Shown piece after piece: positions 18,895-26,052 of a DNA stretch of 64,000 nucleotides (position 1 is the stretch's first letter; each line of letters begins with the position of its first letter). A program made the translations under genes and the position numbers. The notes below the pieces were generated by a model. It was not told the DNA's origin, ran no database searches, and saw nothing but the letters and a program-made list of their open reading frames with translations. The stretch is from Actinomycetota bacterium (GTDB lineage Bacteria; Actinomycetota; Actinomycetes; Actinomycetales; Microbacteriaceae), in NCBI GenBank assembly GCA_041158585.1, contig JBEBBA010000057.1, positions 1,882 to 65,881 of the forward strand, in the 5' to 3' direction.

Positions 18895-20298
18895 ATGAGC
18901 GAATACAGTGACAACACCCCCCGGATTTCCTTTCTCGGCGCGGCGGGAACCGTAACTGGAAGTCGCTTCCTCCTATCCTGCGGCGACACCAAGGTCTTAG
19001 TCGATGCCGGGCTTTTTCAGGGGCTAAAGGAGCTTCGCCTCAAGAACTGGGAGCCGTTTCAGGTAAACCCTCATGAACTTTCGGCAATCGTTCTGACCCA
19101 CGCCCACCTTGACCACTGTGGTTACATTCCGAAACTCGTCAAAGACGGCTTCGAAGGAAAAATCCACTCGACCGCTAACACCGCCAAACTTGCCGACGTA
19201 ATTCTTCGTGACTCTGCCCGAATCCAAACTGAAGATGCCAAGTGGGCAGCAAAGAAGGGTTTCTCCAAGCACAACCCGCCGAAGGCTCTCTACGAGGAGC
19301 AACACGCAATTGCCGCGATGAACGCGTTTGAAACGCACGAGTTTCAAGAGCAGGTCCAGGTAGCCGAGCAAACCTGGGTGACATTCCACCCCGCTGGCCA
19401 CATCCTCGGTTCCGCTTTCGTCGAGCTAGAGTTTTTCGGCAAGAAGCTCCTATTCACCGGAGATATGGGGCGCTCGAACCACCCGCTACTTGTAACCCCG
19501 GAGGGATTCCCGGCGGGTGACTTCGATGCCGTAATCACCGAATCAACCTACGGCGACCGCAAGCACGACAACCCAAGTGACGATCTGGAACAAGTCATCA
19601 ACAAGACAATCGAGCGCGGCGGTAGCGTTCTTATACCGGCGTTCGCCGTTGACCGAACCGAAGTCATTTTGGTTCGTCTGCGCGAACTGGCCGAAGAGGG
19701 CAAGATTCCCAATGTGCCGATTTACGCGGACTCCCCGATGGCGCTGAAGGCCCTTTCTTTCTATCGAGATGCCATAAACGAAGGGTCGGCTGAGATTCGC
19801 CCTGAGGTGGCTGCCGACTGGAAGGGTCGTGACCCGTTCGACGCGGGCACCTTAGTAGAACTGCTGACGGTCGAAGAATCCATGACGATCAATCAGCCGA
19901 AGCAGCCTTGCATCATCATTTCGGCCAGTGGCATGGGCACCGGTGGTCGCGTTGTCCATCACCTCAGATTCATGCTCCCAGAGGCCAAGCACACCGTTGT
20001 CATGGTCGGTTACCAGGCGATAGGAACCAGAGGCCGTTCGCTGGTGGATGGCGCTGAAGAAGTGAAAATGCACGGTGAGTTCGTTCCAGTCCGCGCCGAA
20101 ATCGCCAACATTCAGGCCTACTCCGTCCACGCCGACGCCGAGGAGCTATTCAACTGGGTTCAGGGAGCTTCTAAGCCACCGAAAACGGTTTTCGTAGTGC
20201 ACGGTGAATCCGGCGCTGCAGACGCGTTAGCAAGCCGTTTCAAGGCAATCGGCTGGCACTGTGAGGTTCCAACCGACGCCTCGAGCTTCGTTCTCTAG
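18895..20298 (+). CDS. MBL-fold beta-CASP ribonuclease-like metallo-hydrolase
   Basis: FLGAAGTVTGS, THAHLDHCG, HILGSA, ESTYG, GGRVVHH, SVHAD, VHGE. Confidence 0.9.
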   Translation: MSEYSDNTPRISFLGAAGTVTGSRFLLSCGDTKVLVDAGLFQGLKELRLKNWEPFQVNPHELSAIVLTHAHLDHCGYIPKLVKDGFEGKIHSTANTAKLADVILRDSARIQTEDAKWAAKKGFSKHNPPKALYEEQHAIAAMNAFETHEFQEQVQVAEQTWVTFHPAGHILGSAFVELEFFGKKLLFTGDMGRSNHPLLVTPEGFPAGDFDAVITESTYGDRKHDNPSDDLEQVINKTIERGGSVLIPAFAVDRTEVILVRLRELAEEGKIPNVPIYADSPMALKALSFYRDAINEGSAEIRPEVAADWKGRDPFDAGTLVELLTVEESMTINQPKQPCIIISASGMGTGGRVVHHLRFMLPEAKHTVVMVGYQAIGTRGRSLVDGAEEVKMHGEFVPVRAEIANIQAYSVHADAEELFNWVQGASKPPKTVFVVHGESGAADALASRFKAIGWHCEVPTDASSFVL

Positions 20299-21602
20299 CG
20301 AACCTGAGTAACTGTCAAAATCACCGAAGGGATTCCTGGGATTCCATTCGCAGCGGTTGAGAGCATCGAAATATTCTCATCGCGGCTCTGCCAAGCAATT
20401 TCGTAGTAGTCACCCGGTGTCGTCGCTTCCACAAAGAAGTTCCAAGCTGCCACTTGGCGATCGTCGTTACCCCAGGAGCGCATCTGAGTGTTCGACATTG
20501 GGACGTCCGAACCATTCTTGCGAAGCCATATGTCTATGTAGTCGGTACCCGAGTCGCTCTTTGAGAACTGCGAAGAGAACTGGATGTTGTAAACACCTGG
20601 ATGGTCAAAGACAATCCGCGAACGGTTTGCCGAATTGACCCGCACGCCCACGGTCCACGGGTCCGTGGTGTTGTAGCGCATCAGGTTCGGGGTCGAGGTG
20701 TTCTTTTGAGTCGTGGTGTCAAAGAACGAACCGTTGTAAGGCAAACCGCCGCTGCCAGCTTCTCCCCTGAGCGAATCCAGGAAGTCTTGTTCGGTTCCAG
20801 TGTTTCCCTGAGCCAACCAGATCTCGTAGGCACTTGCGCCCCGTTCTCCAGCGGCTCCGGGAAGGCCAGTCTCGCCGATAGTGCAGACACCCGCCTCGCC
20901 CTTCAGCGAGTCAAAGAACTCTTGCTCGGTTTTTCCCTCGTTGCCAGCCTGTAACCAAAGTTCGTACGCAGACAGACCATCAACACCGTTGGAACCAGCC
21001 GCGCCGTCGTTACCAATTAGTGAGTTCATAAACGCAGCAAGGTCACCGGTGTTGCCGTTGGAGAGCCAAAGTTCGTACGCTGACAGCCCGTCAACACCAG
21101 CGATGCCATCGGCACCCGCAGCGCCATCGGCACCGGCTGTTCCAACCAGCGAAGCCAAAAAGTCATCGGGGGTTCCCTCGTTGCCATCTTCAAGCCATAG
21201 TTGATAAGCGCTAGGGCCAATTTCTCCAGCTTCACCGGGCTTTCCTGCAGCGCCTCGAGCGCCGTTCAACCCATTGGTGCCGATGTATTGGTCACCGTCA
21301 AATGTTCCAACCAGCGAGGCAAGGAAGTCTTGCTTGGTGCCGGTGTTGCCCGCCGCGATCCAGATGTCGTAAGCCGAAAGACCGTCCGCTCCATCGATTC
21401 CGTTGAGCCCATCGACGCCATCCTTGCCGGGAATGCCCGCAACCGGGGTTGCGGTTGGCGTGCAGGTTGAGTCGCCACCCTCGGAGTTGCTCTCACCAAA
21501 GGTAAGGCTCAGGATAAAAATCACGATGGCGACAACCACCAGCGAGACTGCGGTTAGCCAGGTCTGGCGAATAAATTTGGATCTTCGGTCGGTCGTTGTC
21601 AT
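20295..21602 (-). CDS. Membrane-anchored collagen-like surface protein with GxSAY repeats and C-terminal beta-rich head
   Basis: N-terminal TM, Gly-X-Y runs, five GxSAYxxW..GN.G..xF..SL.G units, C-terminal globular domain; RBS GGGGAG before ATG 21602. Confidence 0.85.
   Translation of the reverse strand: MTTTDRRSKFIRQTWLTAVSLVVVAIVIFILSLTFGESNSEGGDSTCTPTATPVAGIPGKDGVDGLNGIDGADGLSAYDIWIAAGNTGTKQDFLASLVGTFDGDQYIGTNGLNGARGAAGKPGEAGEIGPSAYQLWLEDGNEGTPDDFLASLVGTAGADGAAGADGIAGVDGLSAYELWLSNGNTGDLAAFMNSLIGNDGAAGSNGVDGLSAYELWLQAGNEGKTEQEFFDSLKGEAGVCTIGETGLPGAAGERGASAYEIWLAQGNTGTEQDFLDSLRGEAGSGGLPYNGSFFDTTTQKNTSTPNLMRYNTTDPWTVGVRVNSANRSRIVFDHPGVYNIQFSSQFSKSDSGTDYIDIWLRKNGSDVPMSNTQMRSWGNDDRQVAAWNFFVEATTPGDYYEIAWQSRDENISMLSTAANGIPGIPSVILTVTQVR
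20763..21437 (-). repeat. Five approx. 26-aa GxSAY repeats alternating with short collagen triplets
   Basis: GLSAYDIWIAAGNTGTKQDFLASLVG; GPSAYQLWLEDGNEGTPDDFLASLVG; GLSAYELWLSNGNTGDLAAFMNSLIG; GLSAYELWLQAGNEGKTEQEFFDSLKG; GASAYEIWLAQGNTGTEQDFLDSLRG. Confidence 0.9.
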
Positions 21603-21651
21603 TTCTTCTCCCCAAAACAACAATCTGCCGTTCCTCACCTAACCTTGGTTC

Positions 21652-22224
21652 ATGTTGTCAAAAAGCGCAAGGAAAGTTCTCAGAAACCCGTGGGTCTGGT
21701 TCTTTGTAACCACCTGCGCCTTCCAGATTTTCAGAGGGTCTTTCGGCGACACAATCATCTTCGGACTCGCTGCGATTCTGATCGCGGTGGCGGCGAGCGA
21801 TGCGATTCCGCGGGACTTTCTTGATCGCAAGCAGGTGCGCTTAGTCGCCAGCTTGCCGGTCGCCGTAGGATTGGCACTCACGCTGAGTCTGTTGCCGAGA
21901 CACTCGGCAATTCACGCGACCATTTTCATAGCTGTGCTGCCGATAGTTCTTGCACTGGTTTGGCATCGAGACCTGGCCGAGAAACTCAAACCCAATGCCG
22001 AACAAAGAAGAGCGCGAACAATTTGGGCAGGTCTTTGCGTCGGAATGTGCCTGTGGGAGCTGGGGGCTAACATCCTCGGTCAACTAAACAACACCCTGTA
22101 CGCGTTCCCCACCATCTCGATTTTGCTCGACCCAGCCCTAGATACTCTGCTGGGGCAGGGAGTCTTTGTTGTCGTCTGGCTAGCTGTCGGTTGGGGTTTC
22201 TTGCGATTGGGAGTCAAGCGATGA
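21652..22224 (+). CDS. Hypothetical integral membrane protein
   Basis: About six hydrophobic segments; WEL...PTISILLDP motif; TAACCT -10 box 6 nt before ATG. Confidence 0.7.
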   Translation: MLSKSARKVLRNPWVWFFVTTCAFQIFRGSFGDTIIFGLAAILIAVAASDAIPRDFLDRKQVRLVASLPVAVGLALTLSLLPRHSAIHATIFIAVLPIVLALVWHRDLAEKLKPNAEQRRARTIWAGLCVGMCLWELGANILGQLNNTLYAFPTISILLDPALDTLLGQGVFVVVWLAVGWGFLRLGVKR

Positions 22225-22430
22225 CCGCGGCCATAACGATAGCCGGATACCTGTGCTTTGTCGCGGCTGGCCTTGTGATCTGGCTGGTCACACGTCGAGT
22301 AAAGTCCAAGGTTGCATCGTTGGGTGAGCTTTTAGACCGTGTGATGCACCATCGAGCAACCCGAGTTGCCATCATGCTCGCTTGGTGGTGGATTGGTTGG
22401 CATTTCTTAGTCAACCAAGTGGGCCGTTAA
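22221..22430 (+). CDS. Small membrane protein, DUF6186-like
   Basis: MTAAITIAGYL...SLGELLDRVM...RVAIMLAWWWIGWHFL; ATGA overlap with the upstream gene. Confidence 0.65.
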   Translation: MTAAITIAGYLCFVAAGLVIWLVTRRVKSKVASLGELLDRVMHHRATRVAIMLAWWWIGWHFLVNQVGR

Positions 22431-22924
22431 GCCTTAGCTGCACCCATCGATTCAAGTTTCTCTTGGATCTCTTTCGAAATGTTGCCCGCTAGTCCGGCTT
22501 CTGAATCGTAAGTTGCGTGCATGCCCTCGGGTAGAACTACCTTCAAACCTGCGGCTAGAGCGCCCTTCGAGCTCTCGAAAACACACAGCTCAGACTGCAG
22601 GCCGATCATTTCGAGTTCTGAAACACCCGCGCTCTTCAGTTCATCGGCGAGAGATGGGTTTGATTCAAAAACGTTCATTGTGGTCTTGCGAACAACCCGT
22701 TCGCCATCAGCGGGAGTGAAATAGAGTTCCCAACCCGGGTGCCCCGGAGCATCGTCCCACGGCTCTTCGCCATCGTTCTGAACGAATAGGACCGGCGTGC
22801 CCGCTGCTCGGGCCGCTTCGATGCGGCTTTGCCAGCTAGACAAGAACTGTTCAGCCATCGGGATGGCAAAATCTCCAGTGACCATGGCCTTCTGAACATC
22901 AACAACGACTAGCAATCGCGACAT
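22427..22924 (-). CDS. Isochorismatase-family cysteine hydrolase
   Basis: LLVVVDVQ, VRKTT..VF, GLQSELCV (D-K-C triad). Confidence 0.85.
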   Translation of the reverse strand: MSRLLVVVDVQKAMVTGDFAIPMAEQFLSSWQSRIEAARAAGTPVLFVQNDGEEPWDDAPGHPGWELYFTPADGERVVRKTTMNVFESNPSLADELKSAGVSELEMIGLQSELCVFESSKGALAAGLKVVLPEGMHATYDSEAGLAGNISKEIQEKLESMGAAKA

Positions 22925-22977
22925 AAGCACCTCTTTCGGGTCAATTGAACCACACCCGACAGAGGTAACCTAGTGCG

Positions 22978-23265
22978 GTGGAAACCACCTTCAGTAGTCC
23001 TCTAATTGAGTGGCGTGGCCCCGCGCCGTTCTATTTCGTGGCTTTGCCCGATGAGCTCGGTGCCGACATAAAAGCCATGGCCAACTCGCTCACCTACGGC
23101 TGGGGTGTGATTCCAGTTGCGGCAAAGGTGGGACAAGTGGAATTCACAACATCGCTGATTCCCAGACAAGGTGCTTATCTTTTGCCGATAAAGAACGCGG
23201 TAAGGCTCCCCAACGGGCTGACTTTAGGTCAAAATGTGAAGGTCGAACTGTCCCTGAACTTCTAA
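22978..23265 (+). CDS. DUF1905 domain protein
   Basis: EWRGPAPFYFV, YGWGVIPV, FTTSLIP, YLLPIKNAVR. Confidence 0.8.
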   Translation: METTFSSPLIEWRGPAPFYFVALPDELGADIKAMANSLTYGWGVIPVAAKVGQVEFTTSLIPRQGAYLLPIKNAVRLPNGLTLGQNVKVELSLNF

Positions 23266-23285
23266 CTCGGGGCTAAAGTCGAAAC

Positions 23286-25034
23286 ATGACCTTCGGCAGA
23301 AAACTCATCGCAGCACTTGTGGCGTTGACCCTGAGTTTCACGGCCGTCTCATCACAAGCGTCAACCCCGGTCAACACCAAGTTCGTCGAAGGCACCGACG
23401 CTGCAGCCGCACTCTACAACCCGCTCGTGGTGAACCGCATAAACCTGGAAATGCCCGCATCCACGATTCGAGGGCTGGACGGCACAACCAACAACTGGGC
23501 AAACGAAGGCCCATACCTTCCAGCGACAATGTCCGGTGTCGTCAACGGAGTGGCCTTCCCAGCAATGGCGGTGGGCGTCAGGCTCAAAGGCGCGTGGGGT
23601 TCGTGGCGCAACATCTACGGCAAGCCGGGATTCAAGATCAAGGTTGACTTTGTCGATAAAAACGCGACCTTCTTCGGAGTCAAGAAGCTAACGCTCAACA
23701 ACATGGTTCAAGACCCAAGCTCGGTACACGAAACCATGGCCTACCGGTTGTTTCGCGCGGCTGGCGTCTCAACAGCTCGCACCGGCTACACCAACGTCTT
23801 CGTGAATGGCCAGAACTATGGACTTCGACTAAATCTCGAAACCGTAGACACCACCCTCCTGAAACGTTGGAACATACAGCCGCTTCACATTTACAAGGGC
23901 GGTGTTCCTCACTTCCCAGACCTTTGGCCGGGCTCAGAACACCTGTACGCCGTTGACCAAGGTAGCGTGACTGACAAGAGTGACTTGACAGCGCTGATGG
24001 CGGTAGTCGGGCGAGGTAACGGGCCAAACTGGTTCACTGACATGTCGGCCGTAGCAGACCTTGAACAGATGACACTGAATTGGGCAGCCGAGAAGTTCAC
24101 CGGACACTGGGACGGCTACGTCAACAACCACAACAACTTCTACCTGGTTCGTCGCCAAGACGGTAAGTTCATCATGCTGCCCTGGGGTATGGATCAAACC
24201 TGGAATGGCGGGCTGGACTACTGGTCGGGGTCGGCAATGCTCTCGCAGTGCATCAACGACGCGAAATGCCTCCGCCTGTACCAGAACGCGATAGCTAAGG
24301 TTGCCAACACCGCCCAGGATCTAGACCTACCTGGCATGTCGCGCGAGGTAGCGACAGTGATCAACCCACATCTGCTAGCTGATCCAAAGAAAGAGTTCGG
24401 AAACGATCAGATTCCTGGCAATCAGGTTTACTCGAGGAACTTCATCATCAGCCAAATTAGCCAGGCCCTGAACATGGTCCGAGACATTGATGCGGAATTG
24501 AAGACATTCAGTGCCGACGGTTACAGGTCGATGAAACCCGGGGAAACACTTGTCGTAGCAAACAACGTTGCATCGATTCAGCTAAACGGAACCCCGTACT
24601 CGTCGAACGCTTTCGCCGAGTCGCTTGCGGTGAATCTCGCGGTAGGTGTCAACGCAGTAGCTATGACGGTGACCAATCGACGTTCGAATAACAAGAAAAC
24701 TTTCACGATCAAGGTTCACCGACTAGCTCTAGCTTCAAAAACGTCTGCGATTCGGTTCGTAACAGGTAAGTCTTCGCTCACAACGACTGCTGCCAAGATC
24801 ATTTCATCAGCGGCAAAGTCGATGCCAAATGCTCAGTACGCGATTCTCACAATTCGAATGCAGCAACCAGACCGGATGAATCGGGCAGCTGCGATAACTT
24901 TGCTCAAGGCTCGACAGGCCCGTATCGAGAGCGCTTACCGGGCAGCCGGACTGAAAATTGTGAAGACAAAACTTGAGCTTGGCCCGGTCACTGGCAAGGA
25001 CACTTTGACACTAAGGGTGAACTACCAGCGCTAG
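23286..25034 (+). CDS. Secreted CotH-family kinase with C-terminal beta-sandwich and degenerate OmpA-like region
   Basis: Signal peptide; VGVRLKG..S, KPGFKIKVD, FFGVKKLTLNNMVQDPS, YRLFRAAGV, VNGQNYGL, HWDGY..NHNNFYL, LPWGMDQTW. Confidence 0.85.
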   Translation: MTFGRKLIAALVALTLSFTAVSSQASTPVNTKFVEGTDAAAALYNPLVVNRINLEMPASTIRGLDGTTNNWANEGPYLPATMSGVVNGVAFPAMAVGVRLKGAWGSWRNIYGKPGFKIKVDFVDKNATFFGVKKLTLNNMVQDPSSVHETMAYRLFRAAGVSTARTGYTNVFVNGQNYGLRLNLETVDTTLLKRWNIQPLHIYKGGVPHFPDLWPGSEHLYAVDQGSVTDKSDLTALMAVVGRGNGPNWFTDMSAVADLEQMTLNWAAEKFTGHWDGYVNNHNNFYLVRRQDGKFIMLPWGMDQTWNGGLDYWSGSAMLSQCINDAKCLRLYQNAIAKVANTAQDLDLPGMSREVATVINPHLLADPKKEFGNDQIPGNQVYSRNFIISQISQALNMVRDIDAELKTFSADGYRSMKPGETLVVANNVASIQLNGTPYSSNAFAESLAVNLAVGVNAVAMTVTNRRSNNKKTFTIKVHRLALASKTSAIRFVTGKSSLTTTAAKIISSAAKSMPNAQYAILTIRMQQPDRMNRAAAITLLKARQARIESAYRAAGLKIVKTKLELGPVTGKDTLTLRVNYQR

Positions 25035-25150
25035 TCGTTGCAGTGGCAGATTTTGTCCGCAGGGACGCCTTCTAGAGCCTCCTCGATGTGGTTTCCGCAA
25101 CCGGTCCAAGTGATTTTGTCGCAAACTTCGCAAACTGCTGGGCTACACAT
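25031..25150 (-). CDS. 39-aa acidic Cys/His-rich miniprotein
   Basis: MCSPAVCEVCDKITWTGCGNHIEEALEGVPADKICHCND; strong GGAGG RBS; TAATG coupling to the upstream paralog. Confidence 0.85.
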   Translation of the reverse strand: MCSPAVCEVCDKITWTGCGNHIEEALEGVPADKICHCND

Positions 25151-25320
25151 TATTGCTTTCCTCCAAATAGACGTGCGAAGAAACCAGGTTCCTTCGGATC
25201 GTTGGCATGACCTTGACACTGCTGGGACTTGGGAACGCCGCGCATGACCTGCGAGACGTGTTGACCGCAGCCAGACCAAGTTGCTTTGCCGCACTTACGG
25301 CAGCTAATTTTTTGGCACAT
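25150..25320 (-). CDS. 56-aa basic Cys/His-rich miniprotein with amphipathic C-terminal tail (absent from the ORF track)
   Basis: MCQKISCRKCGKATWSGCGQHVSQVMRGVPKSQQCQGHANDPKEPGFFARLFGGKQ; identical Cys/His spacing to the downstream 39-aa ORF; fills the intergenic gap. Confidence 0.85.
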   Translation of the reverse strand: MCQKISCRKCGKATWSGCGQHVSQVMRGVPKSQQCQGHANDPKEPGFFARLFGGKQ

Positions 25321-25340
25321 TTGCTTTTCTCTCTCGGTAA

Positions 25341-25715
25341 TTAGTTGGTGACGATTGGTAGGCGTGTTTCAGCGGAAGCGGACTCGACTGAACCACCGTT
25401 GGTCAAGGTGCCAGTGAATCCTGCGTTCTGCAGGTATTCGATAGCTTGACCAGCGCGATTGCCCGAGCGGCAGTAGATGTAGTAGTCGCCAGTCGGATCT
25501 AATGTGGCAATTTCGCTTTGGAAACTCGAACCTTGAATGTCGTAGTTCACAGCACCCTCTAGGTAGCCGGTGGCAAATTCAGCTGGAGTTCTGACATCAA
25601 TGACGAGTTCATACCCCGACATGTCTAACTCTTCAACCGGCGCACAAGCGGTAAGGGTTGAAAAAGCAAAAACGGTGGCAATCGCTGCCAGCAACAGTTT
25701 GAAAGACTTGACCAA
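25341..25715 (-). CDS. Rhodanese-domain lipoprotein (sulfurtransferase)
   Basis: Lipobox LTAC; IDVRTPAEF..G.LEGA, YCRSGNRA active-site loop. Confidence 0.88.
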   Translation of the reverse strand: MVKSFKLLLAAIATVFAFSTLTACAPVEELDMSGYELVIDVRTPAEFATGYLEGAVNYDIQGSSFQSEIATLDPTGDYYIYCRSGNRAGQAIEYLQNAGFTGTLTNGGSVESASAETRLPIVTN

Positions 25716-25732
25716 AATTCCTCATTTCTAAG

Positions 25733-25748
25733 ATACCCCCTAGGGTAT
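25733..25748. promoter_or_regulatory. CsoR/CstR-type operator
   Basis: Palindrome ATACCC-CCTA-GGGTAT with C/G tracts, between the divergent rhodanese and CsoR-family genes. Confidence 0.8.
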
Positions 25749-25787
25749 ACTGATTTTCAGTGCAACGCAAATCTCCCGGAGGACAAA

Positions 25788-26045
25788 ATGCAAATCGAAC
25801 CAGCAGAACTCAAAGCAGCCCGAAATCGTTTGGTGCGAGTTCAAGGTCAAATTGGCGGAATCGTAAAGATGCTTGATGAGGGTCGCGACTGCACAGAACT
25901 GCTGAATCAACTATCAGCCGCAAGCACGGCCCTCACCCGAGCCGGCTTTACTATCATCTCCACTGGTATGCAGCATTGCGCCAACAACAGCGGAACCGAA
26001 GAAGAACGACTAGCGCTTGAAAAAGCGTTCATGTCTCTGGCCTAA
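25788..26045 (+). CDS. CsoR/RcnR-family repressor, probably persulfide-sensing (CstR-like)
   Basis: RLVRVQGQIGGIVKMLDEGRDC...TGMQHC: two Cys retained, but Gly at the position of the Cu-ligand His of CsoR; RBS GGAGGA. Confidence 0.85.
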   Translation: MQIEPAELKAARNRLVRVQGQIGGIVKMLDEGRDCTELLNQLSAASTALTRAGFTIISTGMQHCANNSGTEEERLALEKAFMSLA

Positions 26046-26052
26046 GGAAGTC

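Noticed and set aside
18895-20298. beta-CASP nuclease as anti-phage defence component
   Set aside because: Looks like the widespread stand-alone bacterial MBL RNase; no defence-type partners adjacent.
20763-21437. Spaced nucleotide repeats resembling a CRISPR array or DGR template
   Set aside because: Repeats are degenerate, in frame and conserved at protein level; no cas or reverse transcriptase genes.
25031-25294. 87-aa ORF in the track ending in the Cys-rich peptide
   Set aside because: Its upstream part overlaps the 56-aa paralog out of frame; the true start is ATG 25150 with a GGAGG RBS.
25150-25340. Apparent intergenic region that might hold a riboswitch
   Set aside because: Fully explained by the 56-aa CDS.
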